From positions 1-39,567 of the forward strand of contig JAIXUZ010000080.1 of NCBI GenBank assembly GCA_027483285.1: DNA of 39,567 bases, written 5' to 3'. This stretch comes from Bacteroidota bacterium. Its GTDB lineage: Bacteria; Bacteroidota; Bacteroidia; CAMBQF01. Positions within the stretch are counted from its first letter, which is position 1; every line of letters starts with the position of its first letter. The translations under genes were made by a program, and so were the position numbers. Shown piece after piece: positions 1 to 10,200 of this stretch. The notes under the pieces are model-generated. The model had not been told where the DNA came from. It did no database searches and was given only the letters and a program-made list of their open reading frames with translations.

Positions 1-1010
1 GATTTAAAGCCTATCTCATCAATGGGTGTAAGCCCATTAGCTTTGAGCACATCTACCAGCAGTTGCTCGTCGGGGTTTAGCTCTACAAACAAGCTGCGTT
101 GTATGTTTTTGGCGTGCTTAGCATCGGTTTGCCAACCCAACATGGTAACAAGGTCTTCGGCACCGGTAACCAGAGCGGCTTTGTTTTCGCGTATCAACTT
201 GTTGCACCCGGCTGAGAATTCCTGCCCTATGTTGCCCGGTACGGCAAATACATCGCGGTTGTAGCCATGGGCAAGGTCGGCGGTAATAAGGGTGCCGCTT
301 TTTTCGGCAGCTTCAATAACCAGCGTAGCATCGGCCAGGCCTGCAATAATGCGGTTGCGGCGGGGGAAGTTCATACGGTCGGGTATGGTGCCGCTTATAA
401 AATCGGTACACCAGCCGCCATTGGCCTTCATCTTCTCCAGCATATTGCGGTTTTGTGCAGGGTACACCATATCCAACCCATGTGCTACTACACCAAGTGT
501 TGGCAGGTTGTTTTTCAGCGCTTCGCGATGCGATATAGTGTCTATACCATAGGCCAGGCCACTAACAATAAGGCAGCCCAATGGAGCCAGCTGCTCTACC
601 ACCTGCTCGGTAATTTTTTTGCCGTAGTCGGTGTTTTTGCGGGTGCCAATAATACTAAGCACGCGTTGGTTATCAAAGTTAATATCGCCCTGGGTATATA
701 GCATAACGGGCCCATCTTCGCAATCTTTAAGGCGCTTAGGGTAGTTGCTGTCTAAATAAAATATGGGGGTAATACCGTTCTTTGAAATAAAATTGACCTC
801 CTCTTCGGCACGTTTAAGTACGTTTTGCTCTTTAATGGCTTTGGCCAGCACAGGGCCCACATCGGGTATTGTTAGCAGTTGCGCTTTTTTTTGGGTAAAT
901 ATAGCAGCAACACCGCCACAGTAGGCAATTAGCTTTTTAGCGGTAATATCGCCCACCCCGGGAATAAGGGTAAGGGCAATGCGGTAGTATAATTCGTCTT
1001 CGGCTATCAT
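1..1010 (-). CDS. dprA: DNA-processing protein DprA/Smf. The 3' end runs off the window start, and it is absent from the ORF track because it is edge-truncated.
   Basis: Manual reverse-strand translation from the ATG (cat at 1008-1010) gives MIAEDELYYRIALTLIPGVGDITAKKLIAYCGG...VLSIIGTRKNTDYGKKITEQVV...LIVSGLAYGIDTISHREAL...TLGVVAHGLDMVYPAQNR...FPRRNRIIAGLADATLVIEAAEKSGTLITADLA... The frame stays open to position 1. These are typical DprA core motifs. Confidence 0.9.
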   Translation of the reverse strand, partial: MIAEDELYYRIALTLIPGVGDITAKKLIAYCGGVAAIFTQKKAQLLTIPDVGPVLAKAIKEQNVLKRAEEEVNFISKNGITPIFYLDSNYPKRLKDCEDGPVMLYTQGDINFDNQRVLSIIGTRKNTDYGKKITEQVVEQLAPLGCLIVSGLAYGIDTISHREALKNNLPTLGVVAHGLDMVYPAQNRNMLEKMKANGGWCTDFISGTIPDRMNFPRRNRIIAGLADATLVIEAAEKSGTLITADLAHGYNRDVFAVPGNIGQEFSAGCNKLIRENKAALVTGAEDLVTMLGWQTDAKHAKNIQRSLFVELNPDEQLLVDVLKANGLTPIDEIGFK

Positions 1011-1129
1011 TATTTCTGCCTGCGAAAATAAAATAAGCCTGCTTGAAAATAAAATTTTGCTGCTTGTATTTTATTAAGGCACGCTTATTGTATTTTTAAC
1101 CACAGAAACCATAAAAATTTATAAAAGGC

Positions 1130-1600
1130 ATGATTAAGAAATTGGCATTGGCATTTTTTGCCATTATTATTGCAGGCGCACAGCTTAATGCGCAAAACGA
1201 GGCTGACGCCATTTTAGGTGTTTGGCAAAACGGCGAAGGTACAGGCCATATTAAAATTGAAAAAATTGGCACTAAGTACTTTGGTAAAATTGTTTGGCTG
1301 AAAGAGCCTATAGATAAGGAAACCGGCAAACCTAAAGTTGACAAGAAAAACCCTAACGCTGCTATGCACAACACCCCGATTTTGGGCTACCGCGTAATAC
1401 GCGACTTTGTTTTTCAAGGAGATAAAAAATGGGAAGAGGGTTCTATCTATGACCCTAAAAAAGGTGAAGACTACAAATGTAAAATTACTATGACCAGTCC
1501 TAACGTTTTAGATGTACGCGGGTTTGTTGGCATTAGCCTTATTGGCCGCACCGACACATGGAAAAGAGTTGATAAGCCAGGTGGAAAGGTTATTAAGTAG
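1130..1600 (+). CDS. DUF2147 domain-containing secreted protein
   Basis: Signal peptide MIKKLALAFFAIIIAGAQLNAQ. Contains GVWQNGEGTGHIKIEK...YFGKIVWLKEP...DKKNPN...ILGYRVIRDF...W.EGSIYDPKKGEDYKCKITM..LDVRGFVG, which is the DUF2147 pattern as I remember it. Confidence 0.8.
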   Translation: MIKKLALAFFAIIIAGAQLNAQNEADAILGVWQNGEGTGHIKIEKIGTKYFGKIVWLKEPIDKETGKPKVDKKNPNAAMHNTPILGYRVIRDFVFQGDKKWEEGSIYDPKKGEDYKCKITMTSPNVLDVRGFVGISLIGRTDTWKRVDKPGGKVIK

Positions 1601-1620
1601 GTAACCTGATATACTATAAT

Positions 1621-1653
1621 GCAAAAAGCCGCCCAACATTAGCGGCTTTTTGC
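1621..1653. terminator. Bidirectional rho-independent terminator between convergent genes
   Basis: Perfect 12-bp stem: gcaaaaagccgc (1621-1632) pairs with gcggctttttgc (1642-1653), with a 9-nt loop. A/T runs lie on both sides. Confidence 0.75.
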
Positions 1654-1683
1654 GTTTATAAAAATAGAAATTAATAAACGATA

Positions 1684-2088
1684 TTATTTTTCATCTTCTC
1701 TGTATGAGAGGGCTGGTATAGGCTGATTTGCTGTTGCATCTATAATAATGTTACCGTTATTTTGCCCACGCAAAACAGCTACCTGCATATAGGTTGTATC
1801 GATTTGGGCATTGCCATAGGCAATAAGCCCAACACGGTAAAATCCCATATCGCTAAACTCCCAGCTAAGGTCGTTGGTGTTATCTAACACTACTCCATCG
1901 CCAGTTATCCAGCAATACTTTGTTGCTCCTTCCGATACGTTTTTGAAATGAAATTGTGCGTTGTCGGTAGTAGTTATGCCCTTATCGGGAATAAACCGCG
2001 CATTTGGGGTTTGCGCGTTTACGCTACCGGCCACAAACACCAGTACTACTACAATAGTAGCAGACTTTAACAGTTGGGCCGCTTTCAT
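1684..2088 (-). CDS. Hypothetical secreted protein, small beta-sandwich (PKD-like)
   Basis: Signal peptide ...VLVFVAGSVNAQ. The segment FHFKNVSEGATKYCWITGDGVVLDNTNDLSWEFSDMGFYRVGLIAYG loosely resembles a PKD fold motif. No sorting domain seen. Confidence 0.55.
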   Translation of the reverse strand: MKAAQLLKSATIVVVLVFVAGSVNAQTPNARFIPDKGITTTDNAQFHFKNVSEGATKYCWITGDGVVLDNTNDLSWEFSDMGFYRVGLIAYGNAQIDTTYMQVAVLRGQNNGNIIIDATANQPIPALSYREDEK

Positions 2089-2141
2089 ACTTTGTAAGAT
2101 TAAGATTCAACAATACTAATTTTTCAATGTAAAGAACTTAT

Positions 2142-2172
2142 AAAAGCTGCCGGAGGGTTGCCGGCAGCTTTT
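2142..2172 (-). terminator. Rho-independent terminator downstream of the 2190-2567 gene
   Basis: Perfect 12-bp stem: aaaagctgccgg (2142-2153) pairs with ccggcagctttt (2161-2172), with a 7-nt loop. Confidence 0.7.
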
Positions 2173-2189
2173 ATTGAAAACCGGTAAAA

Positions 2190-2567
2190 TTATTTTTTTA
2201 AGAATTTTACAGACTTAACCATCTCTTTATATTCAAGAACTACAAAGTATATACCAGGGGCATAACCAGAGACATCATATGTTCTGGCTGATTTGCCAGC
2301 ACAGTCGCTGCACATTTCCGAATTAAGTTCCTGGCCTGATGAATTTACAATTTTAATTTTTGCCTGGCCTGTCATTGGCGACGGAATGTTGGTAACAACG
2401 TTAATTATATCTGTTGCTGGGTTTGGATACTCAAAAACAGAAAGAACTGAAGGTTTGTTAGCAACGCCAGAAGAAGATAGTGCACTAGATTGTGCTTTAG
2501 ATTCTGTAGCTGAAAAGCCTAATGCTAATACAACTGCTGCGGCAATAGTGAAGAATTTTGTTTTCAT
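2190..2567 (-). CDS. Small secreted protein consisting mostly of a T9SS type A C-terminal sorting domain
   Basis: Signal peptide MKTKFFTIAAAVVLALGFSATESKAQ. The C-terminal region VFEYPNPATDIINV...GIYFVVLEYKEMVKSVKFLKK fits the Por-secretion CTD pattern (yPNPa.d...GiY.v.v). Confidence 0.75.
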   Translation of the reverse strand: MKTKFFTIAAAVVLALGFSATESKAQSSALSSSGVANKPSVLSVFEYPNPATDIINVVTNIPSPMTGQAKIKIVNSSGQELNSEMCSDCAGKSARTYDVSGYAPGIYFVVLEYKEMVKSVKFLKK

Positions 2568-2895
2568 AATAATTGGGTTAAGGATTAATTAATGTTAAAT
2601 TGATTGACATTCCAAAAGTATAGCAGGCAACATTCTTAGGTAAACCAACAATATGGGCTATACTACCTACGTAAGATTTTTATTTTTTATTGGGAAGTGA
2701 TTTTACACACACTGCATGTATACAAGGCATTTATAAGAATAAAAAAAACTAAAACACCTGTTTTTAATAAGTAAGAAAATTTTAAAATTCTGTTTTGTCC
2801 TGTAAAAATTTAACCTGTATTACATAGTATAGTGTAAGTATAGGCTTGCACTAATGCCCATTAAACAAAAATTAGCACCAATTGCCTTAATAAAA

Positions 2896-2903
2896 TACCT
2901 TTG
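2896..2903 (+). promoter_or_regulatory. Candidate Bacteroidota -7 promoter box (TAnnTTTG) for the aminopeptidase gene
   Basis: tacctttg lies 19 nt upstream of the ATG at 2922, in an AT-rich divergent intergenic region. Confidence 0.4.
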
Positions 2904-2921
2904 TATTAAGCACTTTTTGAT

Positions 2922-4217
2922 ATGAATATTAGATATGAAACTATTGAAGCGGGTTTATTTATAGAAAACCGCAAACGCTTTGCCGCATTGCTAAAGCCAA
3001 AGGCTGTAGCCATTATTAACAGCAATGATGAGATGCCGCGCAGTGCCGACCAAAACTTTGTTTTCCGCCAGAACTCTGATTTATTTTACCTAACAGGTAT
3101 AGACCAGGAAGATACTGCCTTGTTTCTTTTTCCGGATGCGCCAACACCAGAACAGCGCGAGATTCTTTTTGTACGCCGCACTAATGAGCATATTGCTGTT
3201 TGGGAAGGCCATAAGTATACCAAAGAAGAAGCCCGTGCTCAATCTGGCATACAAACCATTTTTTGGTATGATGAGTTTTATACAGCCATAACCCGCCTTA
3301 TGCTTGCTGCCGATACTATATATTATAATAGTAATGAGAATCCACGGTATGTATCGGACGTGCAATACCGCGACCTGCGCCTGCTGGCCGAAATGCGCAA
3401 CCGCTACCCTTTGCATAAATATGAAAGGGCAGCCCCATTGCTTACCCAGTTGCGCGAGGTTAAAAGCCCCACAGAAATTGCATTGATGCAAAAGGCTATT
3501 GATATAACAGATAAAGCTTTTAGGCGCCTGCTAAGTTTTGTTAAGCCGGGTGTGGCTGAATATGAAATTGAAGCCGAGATAACGCATGAGTTTATACGTA
3601 ACCGATCAAATGGCCATGCCTATACGCCTATTATAGCATCGGGTAAAAATGCCTGCGTACTTCACTATATAGCAAATAATGGTATGTGTAGCGATGGGGA
3701 GCTTATACTTATGGACTTTGGTTCTGATTATGCTAATTACATATCAGACTTAACACGTTGCATACCTGTAAATGGCAAATTTAGCCCCCGCCAAAAAGAC
3801 GTATACAACGCAGTACTTAGGGTTATGAGGCAAGCTACCGCTATGCTTACTGTTGGCAATACCTTTGCAGCGTATAATAAGGCAGTGGGTGCTATTATGG
3901 AGCAAGAGCTAATTAGCTTAGGATTGCTTAAAGCTGAAGATGTTGCCAAGCAAGACCCTGCTGCTCCATTGTATAAAAGGTATTTTATGCATGGCACATC
4001 GCACTTTTTGGGTATTGATGTGCACGATGTAGGTGACTATAATACACCTTTCCGTGCAGGCAATTGTTTCTCTTGCGAACCCGGCATTTATATTCCTGAA
4101 GAAGGCCTTGGTATACGCATTGAAAATAACATACTAATAACCGATAATGGCCCTGTAGACCTTATGGCTAATATACCTATAGAGATTGAAGAGATTGAAG
4201 CCCTGATGGCACGCTAA
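2922..4217 (+). CDS. pepP: Xaa-Pro aminopeptidase, M24B family
   Basis: 431 aa. Has an N-terminal creatinase/AMP_N-like region and a C-terminal pita-bread fold with metal-ligand contexts LMDFGSDY, ISDLTRC, HGTSHFLGIDVHD and CEPGIY...GIRIENN. Confidence 0.9.
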   Translation: MNIRYETIEAGLFIENRKRFAALLKPKAVAIINSNDEMPRSADQNFVFRQNSDLFYLTGIDQEDTALFLFPDAPTPEQREILFVRRTNEHIAVWEGHKYTKEEARAQSGIQTIFWYDEFYTAITRLMLAADTIYYNSNENPRYVSDVQYRDLRLLAEMRNRYPLHKYERAAPLLTQLREVKSPTEIALMQKAIDITDKAFRRLLSFVKPGVAEYEIEAEITHEFIRNRSNGHAYTPIIASGKNACVLHYIANNGMCSDGELILMDFGSDYANYISDLTRCIPVNGKFSPRQKDVYNAVLRVMRQATAMLTVGNTFAAYNKAVGAIMEQELISLGLLKAEDVAKQDPAAPLYKRYFMHGTSHFLGIDVHDVGDYNTPFRAGNCFSCEPGIYIPEEGLGIRIENNILITDNGPVDLMANIPIEIEEIEALMAR

Positions 4218-4235
4218 ACCATTTTAGCGCTAAAT

Positions 4236-4272
4236 AAAAAGGCGGCCTCGTGTAAAACGGAGCCGCCTTTTT
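4236..4272. terminator. Bidirectional rho-independent terminator between convergent pepP and the giant gene
   Basis: aaaaaggcggc (4236-4246) pairs with gccgccttttt (4262-4272). The flanking A-run and T-run allow function on either strand. Confidence 0.75.
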
Positions 4273-4290
4273 GTATGCTTTAATTAATAA

Positions 4291-7200
4291 CTATCGTGTA
4301 ATAACAACCTTTTGCGTTGGCAAAACTTTGTTCTCCATAGAGAAGCTTACAAAGTACTGGCCTTGGGCAAGATTACCTAAGTCGAAGTCATAAATGTTAG
4401 CGCCTGCTTTAGGCTCAACAAACATAGACTCTACCAATTGTCCATAGTGGTTGTATATCATTATACGGCCACGGTCGCTGGTTGATAGGTTCATTGATAC
4501 ATTCAACCTGTCTTGCGCAGGGTTAGGGAACACACTGATAACATCGCTACCTTTAATAACACAAGATACTGTTACAGGGCTAAACACCTCATACTCGCCA
4601 TTATAGTCGGTTTGCATTAAGCGGTAGTAAGCTGTTCCTGCTAAAGGATACAGGTCTTTAGCGCTGTAGTTGCGGTAAGTGTTGCTATTGCCTGCGCCTT
4701 GTACCAAAGCAACGTTGTCGTAAGTTGCTAAATCTGCACTGCGTTGAACAGTAAAGAAGTCATTATTAATCTCTGTTGCAGTAGTCCAGTTAATGGTTAC
4801 AACATCATTCGTACAGCTAGCTTTAAAGTCCACCAGTTCAATTGGCAGCGGGCTGTTGCCCGAGCTTTCGCCATCATGAAGTACCCATGGCGAGTAGCGA
4901 GACACACCTGATGCTGTAACGGTGTTATCAGCAGCATTAGCTGTACTAACAATACCATACTCAGTTGGCAAATCCCATCCGCCAAGGCTATCTGGGCCTC
5001 CAGTTGCATTCCAACGTTGAGCTTTAAGGTTATCCTCTAATATTGATGAGTTACCTGAAAGGTCAGAGCTTGCGTATTTAAACGTCATATTTGATGTTGG
5101 ACGCGTAGTATAGTTATTGGCATCAATAATCCACCAACGGTCAAGTGTAGCATCGGTTCCAGTACCCGGGCCCTGGTCAAAGTTCATGTGCTGAACGCCA
5201 GATACCCATGGGGTATTGTCGTCACCAGTAGGGTAAGTACTCAACGTAACATTGCCTGCACCACTTTGAACGCCAGCGCCAGTTACGCTAAACGTAAATG
5301 GAATAAAATCGCCCGCTGCAGTACCAAATGGATATACGTAAGTACCTGTATTATTACCAATGTTCCATGCCAGTTTAGATGTACCGCCCGATGTTTCGCT
5401 AATTACATAACCACCAGCTACAATACCAGTAGTTGCTCCGTTTTTAACGTTAAAGGTGTATCCGTTAAGATCTAACACACCATCAACAGTTAAAACACCT
5501 GTACTACGTGTTGCTGCATTAGCAAGCAACTGTACTCTTGGGTTGTTGCTGCTGCTATTATTAACATTAAAGTTGTTAAAGTCTACAGCGCTATTATTTA
5601 CTTTAAACACCTGGCTAGCCGGCGTGCTGGCATTACCAAACTGGAATGTACCGCCAGTAATGGTTTTAGTACCTCCTGCCGCAATTACAAGGTCGTTACC
5701 TGTGCCGCCGTTAGCACGCTGGAAGAATATAGTACCACTGCTAATATTTAAATTGCTGGTAGCATCAAGGTCTAGTATAGCATTAGCATTATAGCTTGCT
5801 CCGGTAGTATTCAAAGTCATAGCACCACCCGTTTGGTTAATGCTGCTACCTGTGCTAACATAATTGCCGCCAACACTAACTATAGCACCGCCTAATGAAA
5901 GTGTAGACGATGAACTGTTGGTGTATTTACCGCCAATAGATACTGTTGCACTATTTGCATTTACTGTTGATCCGCTAGAGCTATAATCGCCAACTATTGC
6001 AATGGTAGCACCACTGTAGGTTACGGTAGATGATGAAGCATTGCTCCAGTTTCCTCCTACATTAAGAACGCCACCTGCAGCTGTAACGGTTGCCCCAGTG
6101 TTGGCTACGTTGCCAGTTAAAACGCTGGTACCACCTGCATGAGTGTAGGTAGCCGTGCTACTGTTTGTTAAATTATTAAGGCTATCCGTTCCGCTTATTA
6201 CACTATATAAACCATTGTTGGTTACGTTTAAACCATCAGCCCTAAAGTTACCCTGTAAAATATCGGTGGTAACCTCAACACCAGCTGTAGAAGCAATGGT
6301 TGGTCCATTGTACAATTCAAGGTCTGCTTTAACTTGGGCTAAACCATTTATTGGTTGCAGATTACCATATACTACAGTATTAGTTTCTATACTTAATAAC
6401 GGTGTAATATCGGTTCCTTTATCTACTCTCAGGTTATAAAATTCTTGTGGGTCTGTAAAGCCGGTTAAAATAACGTTACCTGTTCCTTTAAAGGTAACGG
6501 TACTAACGTTGTAGTTAAATGTACCGCTATTGTTCCATGTACCCCAAACATCTAAGTTTCTGGTGTTGTTAATAGTCATAATAGAACCAGAATTCAGGTT
6601 AATGCTGCGGCAAACAGCACCATTAGATGCAATAACCGGGTCAAAATCTGTAATAGAACCTGTTGGTATAGTAATATCTGTTGATGAAGTTGGTATACCG
6701 CCACCTAAGCACCAGTTACCTCCATCAAACCAGTTATCGCTTAAAGAACCTTTCCAGCTTCCGGTAGTAACAACGTAAACGTTTACGTCAGCACCAAAAT
6801 TCATATCAAGCGCTGTACAAGGGTTACGGCTGCCTATAATTTTATAGGTTTTATCATTAGCTAATGCACCTGTGCTAAAGCTTAATGTAGATCCGTTACC
6901 TGTTTGCGTTGCGCCTACGTTAACGTTATCGGTAGTATTGTATAGTTGATATACAGTACCTGGTTCAGAATTTACAAGCTGCACAGTACCACTTGTTCCG
7001 CTACATATAGTAGTAGTAGAAGTAACTATTTTGTTAATAGGTCCGGTTACAACTGTAACTGCCAGGCTATTACTTACAGTACTGCCACATATGTTGGTAG
7101 CAGTTGCTACATAATTACCTGCCGAAGCAACTGAAGTAATAAACGAAACAGGGTCCTGAACAGAATTGCTGTAGCTATTAGGTCCGGTCCAGCTCCATGA

Positions 7201-10200
7201 TGTTGCTCCAGTACCACCAGTGGCTTCTAAATCCAATGGTTGAGTTTCACATAAGTTTGCTGATGTTGCTGATGCTGTAACAGCAGAAGGAACTGCTGCA
7301 GTAACTGCAAGTGCTAAAGTGTTACTTGTAGCATTACCGCACACGTTTGTGGCTGTAGCTATATAGTTTCCACCCGAAGCTGCAACGGTATTAAAAGATG
7401 CAGGGTCTTGGCTGGTACTTCCATAGCCGTTAGGGCCACTCCAGCTCCACGATGTAGCACCTGTACCACCAGTTGCATTTAAATCAAATGGCGAACCAGC
7501 ACACATAGCTAAAGAGTTAGCTGATGCTGTAACTGCTGATGGAACTGATGCTGTAAGAGCTAATGTAATGGCGCTGCTTGAAGTGCTGCCGCAAACGTTG
7601 GTTGCGGTAGCAGTATAGTTACCTGCCGATGTTGCAGATGTGCTAAACGCGGCCGGGTTTTGGTTAGTATTAGTATAAGAGTCTGGACCACTCCAGCTCC
7701 ACGATGTTGCACCTGTGCCACCCGAAGCATTTAAATCGAACGATGCGCCGGTACATAATGATAATGAGTTAGCAGATGCTGTAACAGCGCTAGGGGTAGA
7801 TAATGCCAGGGCTAGTGCTAACGCGCTGCTTGAAGTACTTCCGCAGGCATTGGTTGCTGTAGCTGTGTAGTTACCTGCCGATGCTGCAACTGTGCCGAAC
7901 GATGCAGGGTCTTGATTTGAGTCTGTGTAAGAGTTAGGGCCACTCCAGCTCCACGATGTTGCGCCTGCGCCACCGCTGGCATTCAAATCGAACGCGCTGC
8001 CAACACATAATAACAATGAGTTTGCCGATGCTGTAACCGCACCTGGGGCCGCCGCCGACAATCCTAATGTTAATGTATTACTCGTTGTGCTGCCACAAAC
8101 GTTTGTTGCAGTAGCAACGTAATTACCTGCCGATGCTGACACTGTTGTAAATGCTGCAGGGTCCTGGTTAGTATTAGTGTAGCTATTAGGGCCAGTCCAG
8201 CTCCAAGAAGCTGCTCCAGCTCCACCGCTGGCATTCAAGTTAAATGAGTTGCCAACGCACAATGCCAATGAGTTTGCCGATGCTGTAACAGCAGATGGTA
8301 CCGATGTTACAACGGTAACAGTAACAGCCACATCGTTATTCATATTCACATCAGCACATGGGCTAACAGAGGCAACAATTTTAAACGTTTTAGTTGCAGT
8401 TAATGCACCGGTAGTGAACGTTAAGTTAGAGCCAGTGCCTGCTTGGGTTGCGCTAAAGGTATTATCAGTAACGTTCCAAAGTTGATAGGTAACGCCATTA
8501 TCAGAGCCTGTTAGCACTATATCTGAAGAACTACCTGTACAAATAGTTGGGGTTGATGCTGTAACAGTTCTTTGTGTTGGCACCGGTATTACGTTCCATA
8601 CAGTTTCAACCCAACCTGTTGGGTTAGGATCGCAAGATAGGTTAGCATTAGCCGTACGTTGGCTACGAATACGAACTATGCCTGCGCCTGATAAACTTGT
8701 TGTAGAAACAGAATTACCTGGTGTATAGGCACTATATGTGTTACCGCCATTTGTTGATACTTCAAAAACATCTGCACCACCAACACCGCCAGAACCAATG
8801 GTATTAACTGTTGCAGAAACACTAGTACCTGCACAAATATCGCCAGCTGTTGGAGTAACAGCCATTATCGGACCTACAGGGTCTGTTACAATTGTGATGG
8901 TAGCAAAACTTGCAACACTCCAACCACAACAATTGTGGCGTTCACGGTAACGTACTTTATAGGTACCTGCTGTAGTAAAAGGGCCGAAAGTGCCTGTTGT
9001 AGAACTTACGGGGGTAAAAGTTGGGGCACCAATATTAGTACCTTGATAAACTATCCATTCACGTTCTAAAATATTGCCAGTATCATAAGAACCAGAGCTT
9101 ATTGAAAAATCAATACTTGCACCTGCACACGCCGAAACAGAAGTTGCTGCAGTAGCACCAGAACCTTGCACAATTAACCCTACAACCGGAGCTGTGCGGT
9201 TATCGGCAGCTGTTCTTATATAGTTATTATAACCGGTATTTGTGCCAACCATTGGTATAGAATAGTTGGAAGAGGTTGTAGTAGCAAAAACTTTTACTGG
9301 TTGTTGGGCATTTGTATAGTTTGGTGTACCATCAGTAATATCATCTACAAAACGTAAATCTGAAGCACCGGGAGAACCGGGAAGGTTAAACGCAACTGCC
9401 GCGCCACGGTTAATATCAAGCTCTGAGTTAATACAGAATTTACCATTAATACCACCACGATTATACGTAATTACCATAGGCGATGCTGAGTTTGGTACCG
9501 AACCTACGTTAGGTGCATCGTTAAAAGAAACAGCAGACAACGTGCCACCTAAAGTTGGGCCAGATGTAGTAGTTGCACCTGCCGATGTTAAGTTGGCAAT
9601 TGCATACTCAATACCTGCTTTACCAGTACCACCGGCACCACCGGCACCACCGTTACCTCCTTTTCCAGAACCACCACCTTCGCCTGAATCTCCACTTCCA
9701 CAGTTACCCGTACCAGTGCCTAAACCAGCTGGGCCTGTTCCGCCACTGCCACCAGCGCCACCGGCACCGCCAGAACCAACATTTAATGCATTTAAATAAC
9801 TATCTGTTACAAGGCCGGTAGCACCATTGGCCCAAATAAATATGGCAAAAGTACCACCGCCGCCGCCGCCGCCGTAGCCGCCGCCACCGCCGCCGCCGCC
9901 GCTGCTTCCGCCGCCGCCGCCTTGGCCGCCATCCCTATCACATGTACCACTATCTGTAGAGCCGCTGCCGCCTTCGCCGCCGCCGCCGCCTTTGCCACCG
10001 CCGCCGCCGCCGCCATTAGTACCTTCTGTTGGTAAAAAATATCCGCCTGAAAAACTTACTGTACCAGGGGTGCCACCAGGATTACCGTTTGTGCCATTTA
10101 CACCTGCAGCACCAGCACCACCATTGTTACCATTAGAACAACCGCTAGAAACACCAGCATTACCAAAACCGCCACCGCCGCCGGTTGTTCCACCGCCACC

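Noticed and set aside
22-701. Plus-strand ORFs 22-264, 267-701 and 292-552 from the track.
   Set aside because: They are shadow ORFs opposite the clearly recognisable dprA gene on the minus strand. Their translations are low-complexity with no motifs.
3090-3997. ORFs 3090-3491 (minus), 3304-3486 (plus) and 3737-3997 (minus) overlapping pepP.
   Set aside because: They are embedded in a well-supported M24 peptidase gene. They show no motifs and their composition is typical of off-frame translation.
7033-8292. Regular 252-nt tandem repeats that might at first glance suggest a CRISPR-like or satellite array.
   Set aside because: The units are contiguous with no spacers, far longer than CRISPR repeats, and stay in frame within a continuous ORF encoding conserved two-Cys Ig-like domains.
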